Below, in pieces: positions 56,045 to 64,000 of a stretch of 64,000 bases of DNA. Each line of letters opens with the position of its first letter. The stretch's first letter is position 1. A program made the translations under genes and the position numbers. The notes under the pieces are model-generated. The model was not told the origin of the DNA. It did not search any database and was given only the letters and a program-made list of their open reading frames with translations. The DNA is from a phage, in sequence record PZ445427.1. One strand, 5' to 3'.

Positions 56045-56644
56045 ATGACTAATAAGAAAGAAGAAAAGACTAACCTGTTTCACACTGTTCGCCAATCTAA
56101 CGAATATACCTTTTTCTTTGATGAAGAATTAGGCTCACCGGATGAGTATCGTGATCTATCAATGATACTGATGCAGGCTGGTGAAGATGATGAAATTAAT
56201 CTGATGATTAATGGGCCTGGTGGTTACGTTGATACTGCTGCACAACTATCTAACCTAATCGCTAACTGTCGTGGAACGGTTATTGGACACCTGCTCGGTC
56301 CTAGTGCTTCTGCTTACTGCACAATCTTCCTGTCTTGCCATGGTTGGGTTGTACATCCACATGCTACGCTTATGGGACATACGTTCTCTGGCGGATTCTG
56401 TGAGAAAGGTCAAGAAATCAAGAAAGCCTATGAATCTTACAACCAGTTTGTAGAAGATATGATGCTCGATGTTTACTTCCCGTTCTTCTCTATTGACGAG
56501 ATCGAGGACATGGTAAAAGAGAATAAGAATATCTACCTCAACAGCAAAGAAATCAATAAGCGTATTGAAATTTTGGCGAATTATCGCAAAGAGCAATATA
56601 GTAAAGCTCAAGCTCCACATCCAGAAGAACATGGAGAAGTGTAA
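56045..56644 (+). CDS. ClpP/S49-like serine protease fold protein (tentative)
   Basis: 199 aa; LMINGPGGYVD and GPSASA segments resemble ClpP-family cores. Confidence 0.4.
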   Translation: MTNKKEEKTNLFHTVRQSNEYTFFFDEELGSPDEYRDLSMILMQAGEDDEINLMINGPGGYVDTAAQLSNLIANCRGTVIGHLLGPSASAYCTIFLSCHGWVVHPHATLMGHTFSGGFCEKGQEIKKAYESYNQFVEDMMLDVYFPFFSIDEIEDMVKENKNIYLNSKEINKRIEILANYRKEQYSKAQAPHPEEHGEV

Positions 56645-56800
56645 GTAGTTTTAAGCCAGAGTTTAACGACTCTGGCTTTTCTTTTGCCTAAAATTCTTCT
56701 TGACAACGACAAAAAATTATGCTCCAGAAGTGATCTTTAAAAACACGTTGTAATTTTCCTCTAGAATTAGTATAATGGTAATGGTTAGAGGAGGTTACAA

Positions 56801-57457
56801 GTGGAAAAGTTTCTACAACTATTAACGGTACTGCTCCAAGAAGCGAAAGATCCAGCTTCGCTACTAAAACGTCTGCTAACTATCTTAGTTGCTGTCATTA
56901 TTTTCTTGTTTGTAAGTAACACTAGCGAGGTGATGTCATTTTTAAAGACTTTCTCCACGTCTGCGGTTTTACAGGATGTTCAAACCCAAAGGATAGATAA
57001 CTTTCCTAATGTAGCACGAGAAAAGAGCATGGTTCTTTTCTCTCAGACGGGTGCGGATGCTGTTTTTGTAGTCAAGTATAAACCCGATGCTATAAACGAT
57101 TATTCGAACATTATTGCATGGGAAAGCAATGCGCAATTGGATAGGGCTGACTTGGCCGATAAAGCAGTAAACAAGACGTCTGAACTTTATAGACGTCACC
57201 TGGAAGGCTTTAACTACGCTTCGGATTTAAGTGTAAAAGTAAATAAATATATGGGGTCAAATATACCCGCGTTTAAGAACGTTACTTTTAATTACGTCTA
57301 TACTTGTCCGTATTTCAACCTAAATAATATCTATGCTGGATACATAGGTATTGCCTGGAAGGATAAACCCGTAGATACAGCTGACTCGGAACAATTTAAG
57401 GAGTACTTAACAAAGCTTTGCTCACCGCAGCAAAGATCATTAGGTAGATCTATATGA
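56801..57457 (+). CDS. holin-like membrane protein (218 aa)
   Basis: GTG start after GAGGAGG; single N-terminal TM helix LLTILVAVIIFLFV; immediately upstream of and overlapping endolysin. Confidence 0.55.
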   Translation: MEKFLQLLTVLLQEAKDPASLLKRLLTILVAVIIFLFVSNTSEVMSFLKTFSTSAVLQDVQTQRIDNFPNVAREKSMVLFSQTGADAVFVVKYKPDAINDYSNIIAWESNAQLDRADLADKAVNKTSELYRRHLEGFNYASDLSVKVNKYMGSNIPAFKNVTFNYVYTCPYFNLNNIYAGYIGIAWKDKPVDTADSEQFKEYLTKLCSPQQRSLGRSI

Positions 57458-57867
57458 GTTTTAAATTTGGTAAAAATAGCGAAAAACAATTAGCAACTGT
57501 TAAGCCCGAGCTACAAAAGGTAGCTCGTAGGGCTTTAGAACTATCCCCATATGATTTCACAATCGTACAAGGTATTCGTACAGTAGCACAAAGTGCCCAA
57601 AACATTGCTAATGGTACTTCATTTTTGAAAGACCCTAGCAAAAGTAAGCATGTAACTGGAGACGCTATCGATTTTGCACCATATATTAATGGTAAGATTG
57701 ATTGGAAAGATCTGGAAGCATTTTGGGCTGTTAAGAAGGCTTTTGAACAAGCTGGTAAGGAACTTGGTGTCAAACTTCGTTTTGGTGCCGACTGGAATAG
57801 TTCTGGTGATTATCATGATGAGATCGATCGTGGTACTTACGACGGTGGTCACGTAGAATTAGTCTGA
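57454..57867 (+). CDS. endolysin, M15-family L-alanyl-D-glutamate peptidase
   Basis: 137 aa; Zn-ligand motifs H..GDAIDF and DGGHVE; N-terminus MSFKFGKNSEKQL as recalled for T5 endolysin. Confidence 0.85.
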   Translation: MSFKFGKNSEKQLATVKPELQKVARRALELSPYDFTIVQGIRTVAQSAQNIANGTSFLKDPSKSKHVTGDAIDFAPYINGKIDWKDLEAFWAVKKAFEQAGKELGVKLRFGADWNSSGDYHDEIDRGTYDGGHVELV

Positions 57868-57876
57868 TAATAAATC

Positions 57877-57901
57877 AAGGCGGGGTAATTCCCGCCTTTT
57901 A
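57877..57901 (+). terminator. rho-independent terminator after endolysin
   Basis: GGCGGG-GTAATT-CCCGCC followed by TTTT. Confidence 0.65.
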
Positions 57902-57942
57902 AAGCAAAGGGGGCTTTAAAAACTTAATGATAGGAGAAAGCC

Positions 57943-58359
57943 ATGTTTGCAGAACTATTCACCATGATATTACTAGGAATATGGAAAATAAGCCTAGTAG
58001 TTTTCATCTTAATGATAATTCTCACTGTTGTCGCACTAGTTACCCAAAATGATACATTAAAGAAAGTCGTTCATGGGCTAGAGTATATAATTATGGGCAC
58101 ATTCGGCGTTTGCAAATGCAACTGCCAGAGGAATACGAAATATTGTTGGCTTTGGATGGAGTTAGAGAACTGCATCACAGTAGCCCTGGCTGTCTCATTC
58201 GGTATGATTCTTATGGCCCTTACTCTAGCATTGATACCACTGATGTTAGCTGGGGGAGTCACGGCTTATTTCACCCTTTTCTCCCCTATACTTATGTATT
58301 CAATATATCCAATAACTATGTACTTAGTTAGGAAGAGATTCCCACATCAAGCACACTAA
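57943..58359 (+). CDS. polytopic membrane protein (138 aa)
   Basis: several hydrophobic helices; Cys cluster CKCNCQ. Confidence 0.5.
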   Translation: MFAELFTMILLGIWKISLVVFILMIILTVVALVTQNDTLKKVVHGLEYIIMGTFGVCKCNCQRNTKYCWLWMELENCITVALAVSFGMILMALTLALIPLMLAGGVTAYFTLFSPILMYSIYPITMYLVRKRFPHQAH

Positions 58360-58372
58360 TATAAAAAAGTAG

Positions 58373-58401
58373 TTGACTTTCCGCTGAAATTTTTATATAA
58401 T
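58373..58401 (+). promoter_or_regulatory. promoter cassette (TTGACT-N17-TATAAT)
   Basis: upstream of 58435 gene. Confidence 0.6.
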
Positions 58402-58434
58402 ATTTGTATAAATTGAATCAGAGGAGTTTCACAA

Positions 58435-58845
58435 ATGTCAGATCGTTACTATACTCAGATGGCTAACCATTACAATATGGCTCCGTATGAATTGAACATC
58501 GCATTACGTGACCTCGATTCACCAGAGCGTGCAAAACTTGAGAAAAAGGCGGGAATTCGTATGTCTAGCAATGGCAAGAAACTTACTCGTATTGACTTAA
58601 ATACCATGCTAATGGAAGAGCTTGGCGTGAATATTGAAGGTCAGAAGTTGCCTCTCAATGTTCTTGAAACGATGCTGGATATAGTCAAAAAGAAAACCTA
58701 TAAGAAAGTACAAGTACCGGAAGGCAGGCTAAAAGCCCCTTATCAGGCTGCTGTATCTGAGTGCTTAGGTGCTACCTTAGATCTTAGCACTGCAACTGTT
58801 AAAGTGATGAAGGCATTTTTGGAGGCCATTAATAAACATGAGTAA
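58435..58845 (+). CDS. hypothetical protein (136 aa)
   Basis: ORF. Confidence 0.5.
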   Translation: MSDRYYTQMANHYNMAPYELNIALRDLDSPERAKLEKKAGIRMSSNGKKLTRIDLNTMLMEELGVNIEGQKLPLNVLETMLDIVKKKTYKKVQVPEGRLKAPYQAAVSECLGATLDLSTATVKVMKAFLEAINKHE

Positions 58846-59128
58846 ATTAGTATATCTATTAAAGGGATCTACCTGCAATCCGTGCAAAATGTTCGAGCCT
58901 GTATTTGATAAAGTAGTACAGGACTACAGTCTAGAAGTTCATAAAGAGACTGATAACACAGAACTTATGCAGAAATTTGGCGTTCGTCAGGTTCCTGTAG
59001 TAGTTTTAGCAGATCGTCTCCCGAATGGTCGTGTGGAAGCCAACCACATTCTGATTGGTCGTCAGCTTCGTAAAGAAACTATGCACGATGCAATCAAAAA
59101 CTTCCTGGAAGATAATCCAGAAGATTAA
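58838..59128 (+). CDS. thioredoxin-fold protein
   Basis: 96 aa; CxxC active-site-like CNPC near N-terminus. Confidence 0.5.
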   Translation: MSKLVYLLKGSTCNPCKMFEPVFDKVVQDYSLEVHKETDNTELMQKFGVRQVPVVVLADRLPNGRVEANHILIGRQLRKETMHDAIKNFLEDNPED

Positions 59129-59136
59129 TAAATCCA

Positions 59137-59168
59137 ACCCAGATCTTAGCTGATCTGGGTTTTTTATT
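59137..59168 (+). terminator. rho-independent terminator
   Basis: ACCCAGATC-TTAGCT-GATCTGGGT followed by TTTTTATT. Confidence 0.65.
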
Positions 59169-59170
59169 AC

Positions 59171-59199
59171 TTGCTTTCTGCTAAAAATTTTGATATAAT
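59171..59199 (+). promoter_or_regulatory. promoter cassette (TTGCTT-N17-TATAAT)
   Basis: leader AAATTGATGAGAGGAGTATCACA then TTG start 59231. Confidence 0.6.
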
Positions 59200-59230
59200 A
59201 TATGTATAAATTGATGAGAGGAGTATCACA

Positions 59231-59611
59231 TTGAATTACGCATATCTTATAATACATAACAACGTGGTCTGTGGTACTCGTGCTGTAGAGATGGGAATCA
59301 CAGAAGAAAAGTATAAGTCACTGCCTGAAAAGGAGCAAGAATATTATGTTGAGCAAGCTGCTTGGGAATATGCTGAAGTTTATCCCGAAGAACGTGAAGG
59401 CCGTGTTACTATTGTTGTTGCTCTGGGGCTGGTGGGCTGTGATACCGAAGTTGATACAGATCTAGAAACACTTGAAGAATGGGAAGAGCTGGATATTGCA
59501 GAGCAAAATGCTATTATCCGTGAATCTTTCTGGGAAGCAGTAGACTGTCACGTTGTATTTGAGCCAAACGATACAGAAGCTGAAAAACACACTAATTGGA
59601 TGACTCGATAA
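59231..59611 (+). CDS. hypothetical acidic protein (126 aa)
   Basis: TTG start after GAGAGGAG. Confidence 0.45.
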   Translation: MNYAYLIIHNNVVCGTRAVEMGITEEKYKSLPEKEQEYYVEQAAWEYAEVYPEEREGRVTIVVALGLVGCDTEVDTDLETLEEWEELDIAEQNAIIRESFWEAVDCHVVFEPNDTEAEKHTNWMTR

Positions 59612-60474
59612 TGAAAAAAGAATTTAACCTGCATGAAATGTTAGTAGTACCAGATGATGTTAACCTGTTCTTCGTAGGAGATATTCACGGCTGTAATGAT
59701 ATGCTGGAAGATGCTCTTAAACTAGCAGGGTATAAAGAGAAGCGTGATTATGTTGTCTGTGTTGGCGACCTAATTGACCGTGGCCCGCAGAACTTACAGG
59801 TTCTAGCCAAATTCTTATATAACCCACGCTTCCGTAGCGTTCGTGGCAACCATGATCAGTTTATGATTGCTGGTGACTATGCCAACTGGATGTATAATGG
59901 TGGAATGTGGGCAATGAATGATCTGGATACCGATACAATTAAAGGTATCGCAGAAGATATGGCAGTTAAAATGCCAGTATTCATGACTGTACTCCATCGT
60001 GGCAAGAAATACGGTGTTGTTCATGGTGGAATACCATTCCAATATAAAGATGCGGGATTCGATGTACATACACCTAATTGGGACGATATTATTGATCATA
60101 TCGCTGCAAGTGAAAATGATCCTAATGATCATCCTAGTTATTACATTGAGCCATATCTATGGGATCGTGATGTAATTCAGGAAATTGGTTTTCATCTGTC
60201 TAAGCAAGGTGCAGAGCACCCCTATTTCCAGCGTTATACAGGATTTAAAGATGAACTGACTGTGGAAGTGCCAGAAGTTGAAAGTGTAGATTTCGTATTC
60301 CATGGTCACACTGGTGTTCCTTACCCAATTCTGTACAAGAACCGTGTTTATCTCGATACTGGCGGTGTTTTCAACGGGCAGTTGACGGTTGCGCAAGTTA
60401 ATGATGAAGCTGGTAAGATTATGACATTTACCACTGACAAAGATGATAGCTGTGGTGTACAGAGGATTCTATAA
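59596..60474 (+). CDS. Ser/Thr protein phosphatase (PPP-family metallophosphoesterase)
   Basis: motifs GDIHG, GDLIDRG, GNHD characteristic of lambda-PP-like phosphatases. Confidence 0.8.
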   Translation: MDDSIMKKEFNLHEMLVVPDDVNLFFVGDIHGCNDMLEDALKLAGYKEKRDYVVCVGDLIDRGPQNLQVLAKFLYNPRFRSVRGNHDQFMIAGDYANWMYNGGMWAMNDLDTDTIKGIAEDMAVKMPVFMTVLHRGKKYGVVHGGIPFQYKDAGFDVHTPNWDDIIDHIAASENDPNDHPSYYIEPYLWDRDVIQEIGFHLSKQGAEHPYFQRYTGFKDELTVEVPEVESVDFVFHGHTGVPYPILYKNRVYLDTGGVFNGQLTVAQVNDEAGKIMTFTTDKDDSCGVQRIL

Positions 60475-60842
60475 TGGAACGTGAAGAACGTTATGTAGTT
60501 ATAAAGCTGTCTGATATTGAGAAAGCCCTAGAATTAGGGCATATCACTCAGAGTAACTTTACCACTTTGGAACATATCTTGTCCAAACTATGGTATAGTC
60601 GAGCACAACGTGGTAAAGAAGATCTCAAAACCGTCGTGGTAGAGCATGATTGGCCAGAGTACGAAGAAGTCTGGAAAATGCTAGAGAATCGTGTTGGTTT
60701 TGAGCAAGCACGACAGGAAGAACTTGACAAAGGATATCAAGAAGCGAAAGAGCACCATGAGGTTTATGATGAAATATTCAAACTTCGTGGTATTAGTAGT
60801 TATTGTCAGGGTTGGAATAAATATGCGGAGGAAGTTCTGTAA
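60474..60842 (+). CDS. hypothetical protein (122 aa)
   Basis: ORF coupled to neighbours. Confidence 0.5.
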   Translation: MEREERYVVIKLSDIEKALELGHITQSNFTTLEHILSKLWYSRAQRGKEDLKTVVVEHDWPEYEEVWKMLENRVGFEQARQEELDKGYQEAKEHHEVYDEIFKLRGISSYCQGWNKYAEEVL

Positions 60843-61048
60843 TGAAGAGATTACTACTAGTATCAGTACTAATACTAGCTGGATGTGATCCTTATGATAA
60901 TAGTATGAGATTCACCGCAGAAGATACTAGACACTTGTGTGATGTAGCTGGAGGTGAGCTGGATAATTCCAGCATCCAAATTGGACTCACAAAAGGTATA
61001 TTCTACGATAGTTATACTATTACCTCAACTTGTGTAAGGAATAAGTAA
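60842..61048 (+). CDS. small lipoprotein (68 aa)
   Basis: signal + lipobox VLILAGC. Confidence 0.5.
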   Translation: MKRLLLVSVLILAGCDPYDNSMRFTAEDTRHLCDVAGGELDNSSIQIGLTKGIFYDSYTITSTCVRNK

Positions 61049-61638
61049 TGAAAGTTAAATTCTGGTCGGATTTGCACCTAGACCATCCTGGAACTCTTCG
61101 CTTCCGTCCGTGGTTTAAGAACATGAAAGAGCACGATGAATATATCCTAGATACTTTGTCCAAGCACATTGGCAAGCGTACAAAACTTGTATTGCTAGGA
61201 GATATTGCCGTGGGGCGTGAAGGGTTGGCTAAATTGAAGTCGGTTATCCACAATGTGCCTAACCAATTAATCATGGGCAACCACGATGCTGAACGTCAGG
61301 GTCTGCGTATTAAAGATCTTGTAGACGTTTATGATGATATTCAGGCTCTAGGTAAGCAAACAGGTGGTGGCAAGAAGTTTTGGCTGTCACACTGTCCATT
61401 GCACGAAGCAGAACTTCGTGGTAAGCTAAACATTCACGGACATGTGCACACCAATTCTGTGCGTGACCCACGTTATATCAACGTCTCTTTTGAGATGAGC
61501 AAGACTCCTATTCCTCTAGAGGATATTGTGTCTGGCAAGTTCACAAGCTATGATAAAGTGGTTAACTGCACTACTGGTGAAATACTCCAAATCGATGAAG
61601 ATGTGGCGGCGGTATTGAGAGGAGATATCAATGTTTGA
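61048..61638 (+). CDS. calcineurin-like metallophosphoesterase
   Basis: 196 aa; GDIAVG, GNHDAE, GHVH metal-ligand motifs. Confidence 0.6.
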   Translation: MKVKFWSDLHLDHPGTLRFRPWFKNMKEHDEYILDTLSKHIGKRTKLVLLGDIAVGREGLAKLKSVIHNVPNQLIMGNHDAERQGLRIKDLVDVYDDIQALGKQTGGGKKFWLSHCPLHEAELRGKLNIHGHVHTNSVRDPRYINVSFEMSKTPIPLEDIVSGKFTSYDKVVNCTTGEILQIDEDVAAVLRGDINV

Positions 61639-61740
61639 TTTTGATGGCATGGCTCGTGAGATATTTATAGCAATAGGTATAGTAGTTCTTATCTCTTTCT
61701 TTACGGGCCTAGGCTTAGGCCTTTTATTTTAAAACTTCAT

Positions 61741-61769
61741 TTGCTAAAATGCTTAGTTTTCTGTATAAT
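61741..61769 (+). promoter_or_regulatory. promoter cassette (TTGCTA-N17-TATAAT)
   Basis: upstream of 61800 gene. Confidence 0.6.
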
Positions 61770-61799
61770 TACTTTATAAATTGATGAGAAGGAATCAAA

Positions 61800-62231
61800 A
61801 TGCAAAAGATTGATAAAGCACTCTTAATCGCAACAGCAGATAAGTTTGAGCAAGTTAAAGCTACTTTTAAGGCAGTCTTTCAGTCCTATGTTCAAGACAA
61901 ATCGAACCCGATTTCTGAGCGTTTGATGATGTGGGAATGTTTTGCTTGCAATGCTCTGCTAATTTCCGATTATAAGGGAGAAGTATCTGAGGAATTGCAT
62001 GAGATCTTTATTAATGAGGATACTCCACGCTATCAGTTAGTGAACTTCCAAGATCTAGCTGAGCAAGTTATTCCTGATGATCTTTGGGACAAGTATTACG
62101 GTGATCCTGAAGAAGATGGTATGGAACCTGAGAAGTGCATCGAACTGATCTGTAAGGATCACCCTGAAATTGCTGAGAAATTTGAGCTAGTATTTGCTTC
62201 TGAGTTCTCAGGTTTCGTTAACGATTGGTAA
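61800..62231 (+). CDS. hypothetical protein (143 aa)
   Basis: ORF after promoter. Confidence 0.5.
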   Translation: MQKIDKALLIATADKFEQVKATFKAVFQSYVQDKSNPISERLMMWECFACNALLISDYKGEVSEELHEIFINEDTPRYQLVNFQDLAEQVIPDDLWDKYYGDPEEDGMEPEKCIELICKDHPEIAEKFELVFASEFSGFVNDW

Positions 62232-62248
62232 GTAAATAAAAAATTCAG

Positions 62249-62277
62249 TTGCTTTTAGCTTTAAAATTCTGTATAAT
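62249..62277 (+). promoter_or_regulatory. promoter cassette (TTGCTT-N17-TATAAT)
   Basis: leader ATAAATTAATGAGAGAGGAAATTCTA then ATG 62310. Confidence 0.6.
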
Positions 62278-62309
62278 AAGTTCATAAATTAATGAGAGAG
62301 GAAATTCTA

Positions 62310-62561
62310 ATGGAAAACATGACTAAAACTGAAATGGCTAACGTTCTGGCAATTCTCCTCGATATGCAGGGTTTTGAAGGTCAGCTCATGAAGATGTCTA
62401 TTCCGGCAATGAAAAAGATGTATGATTCTCTGAACAAGAATGCTATGGCATTCAACCTTGCAAAACAAGAAGCACGTTTTGCAAAAGAGCATCAGGCAAC
62501 TGCGGAACGTCGTGCAGCATCTTTTGAGCGTGAAGTTAAGCAACTGAAAGGTAAAAAATAA
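62310..62561 (+). CDS. hypothetical protein (83 aa)
   Basis: start after GAGAGAGG; upstream in-frame ATG lies in the leader. Confidence 0.5.
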   Translation: MENMTKTEMANVLAILLDMQGFEGQLMKMSIPAMKKMYDSLNKNAMAFNLAKQEARFAKEHQATAERRAASFEREVKQLKGKK

Positions 62562-62974
62562 TGACTTACGGCCAATTCTTCTATACACTAGGGCTTGGTG
62601 CCCTAGTTTCACTCTGTATTTCGATGGGCACGACGGGCTATATGCTTAGTCAAAGAGATGCAGATCTACCAAAACCAGTAACTAAAGAAGTATACGTTTA
62701 CTCCAGTCCTGAAGTACAAGCAATAGCGGAACGTAATAAAATGCTCGCAGAAGCAAACGTTGCACTTAAACAAACAGAATTAGATGAAGCGTTATCGAAA
62801 TATTCTGGGGTTGAAGTAGTAGATGCCTACAAAATGGAAGACTCAATTGAAGTCAAGCTTCAAATTGAAGAGGGTAAAAGATTCTGTAAAATGAATGATT
62901 CCTCCTTAGTAAAAATTAAGTTTTATGAAACTATAAGCCCCTACATTAAATGTAGTAATGGAGTAACGGATTAA
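62561..62974 (+). CDS. hypothetical membrane-anchored protein (137 aa)
   Basis: N-terminal hydrophobic helix. Confidence 0.5.
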   Translation: MTYGQFFYTLGLGALVSLCISMGTTGYMLSQRDADLPKPVTKEVYVYSSPEVQAIAERNKMLAEANVALKQTELDEALSKYSGVEVVDAYKMEDSIEVKLQIEEGKRFCKMNDSSLVKIKFYETISPYIKCSNGVTD

Positions 62975-63255
62975 TGATTACAGAAATTTTAATTGGATTG
63001 CTGGTTCTCACGACTTTAGCAGCAATTGGTGGAATCATTGGCATTCTTAATGCTAATAAAAATATGGAAGCAATGAAGGCCACCAATAATGCGCTTTGGG
63101 AAAAATATATAGCTGCTGAAAAAGATATCGAAGACACGCAAAGACGTTCAGATCTTCTTAAAGAAAAGCTAAAGAATGTTGAAGCTCTTGTTGGTAACAC
63201 TAAACTTCCTATTAAAGTCCTGCGCGCTCAGGTAATCACGGAGATTAAGAAATGA
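62974..63255 (+). CDS. small membrane-anchored coiled-coil protein (93 aa)
   Basis: N-terminal TM helix then helical segment. Confidence 0.5.
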   Translation: MITEILIGLLVLTTLAAIGGIIGILNANKNMEAMKATNNALWEKYIAAEKDIEDTQRRSDLLKEKLKNVEALVGNTKLPIKVLRAQVITEIKK

Positions 63256-63497
63256 TGTTAATTATCTTAGCTTTTTATCTGGTTATTGTTGGTGTTCTGG
63301 TTACTAAGTATCACACCTGGACTCCAAAGAACGTTGGTAAAGTAGCGCTGTTTGTTCTGCCAGTTCCTATCATCATTGTTGCTATGTTGTTCACGATGTT
63401 GGCAGGTAAAGTGACAAAAACTGATGTAAAACGCATTGTAGACGAACTACAGCAATCTTCTGACCTGATCGAGGATATTCTGAAAGATGAAGCTTAA
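63252..63497 (+). CDS. small membrane protein (81 aa)
   Basis: two TM helices. Confidence 0.5.
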   Translation: MMLIILAFYLVIVGVLVTKYHTWTPKNVGKVALFVLPVPIIIVAMLFTMLAGKVTKTDVKRIVDELQQSSDLIEDILKDEA

Positions 63498-63819
63498 TTT
63501 TAGTGAATTAACCCTGCTGGACGAGTTTCTAGGTTTTGTTACTGAACGTGGGTTTATTAACGTAGACCCCCAGACACTAGAAGTCCTTCAATCTATCCAG
63601 AATAAAACTAAAACAGATCTGGAAGACTTATGGCGACCGCTTTCTGAGTTAACTCCTCTTAATATGAAAGTGATTGTTAAAAATATTGAAACTGGTGAAG
63701 AACGTGAGATGGTTCGTAAAGAACTAGCTAATAGTTATTCTCCAGAGTCCTTAGTGATGCATCATGACGATGAACCAGAAACACTTTGGACAGCCCATTA
63801 CGTTTGGCGTCTACCTTGA
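63487..63819 (+). CDS. hypothetical protein (110 aa)
   Basis: ORF. Confidence 0.5.
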   Translation: MKLNFSELTLLDEFLGFVTERGFINVDPQTLEVLQSIQNKTKTDLEDLWRPLSELTPLNMKVIVKNIETGEEREMVRKELANSYSPESLVMHHDDEPETLWTAHYVWRLP

Positions 63820-64000
63820 TTGATTTAACAACTGTTACGGCAATCTTAATCTTCGGTTTAGTGGTTGCCGTTTTCATAATCATTGAGCAGGCCAAAGTAA
63901 TACGGAGACTTAAAAACAATGCTAAGACTTCTTAGTTCCAAGCTCTCCCAATCCATTTGGGAGTATTTTATAATTCTACCAGCTTTTATGTTAAGTTGTG

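Noticed and set aside
21250-62277. Possible CRISPR array suggested by the many near-identical 40-55-nt repeats
   Set aside because: Repeats are separated by whole genes (0.3-3 kb), each contains -35/-10 hexamers and precedes a start codon; they are promoters, not CRISPR repeats.
1-64000. Prophage/integrase or other mobile-element boundary
   Set aside because: No integrase, transposase or host genes seen; gene content is lytic-phage throughout. The HNH/GIY-YIG genes are free-standing homing-endonuclease types and are reported as CDS.

Overview
This window reads as the early region of a T5-like lytic phage (by gene content and order; no database search was possible). Positions 64-20999 carry a minus-strand replication module: SF2 helicase, family-A DNA polymerase, primase, DnaB-like helicase, a split NAD-dependent ligase, a large P-loop origin-binding-like protein, a Sir2-like protein and NrdD. 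Positions 21343-28525 carry a plus-strand nucleotide-metabolism block: PhoH, NrdA, NrdB, DHFR, thymidylate synthase and RNase H. Small early genes follow, then a NadR-like/PnuC-like NAD salvage pair (37752-39486), a tRNA cluster of about 28 genes with homing-endonuclease genes (39.9-49.4 kb), a glycyl-radical protein with a mini radical-SAM partner, and a lysis/accessory region (dNMP kinase, holin, endolysin, phosphatases). Almost every plus-strand transcription unit starts with the same promoter-leader cassette (TTGCT[T/A]-N17-TATAAT plus a conserved leader ending in a GAGAGG-type Shine-Dalgarno). The most unusual locus is 33595-34557: one of these promoters drives about 850 nt of ORF-free, structured sequence that ends in a tRNA-Arg(UCU) and contains a partial copy of that tRNA, so it is a candidate large non-coding RNA. 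Also worth a second look are an opposite-strand low-complexity two-gene module (36058-37495), the glycyl-radical/radical-SAM pair (49780-50529) and an FNR-like palindrome upstream of nrdD. All coordinates and tRNA folds were derived by eye and need tool confirmation. No integrase, CRISPR array or rRNA was seen.
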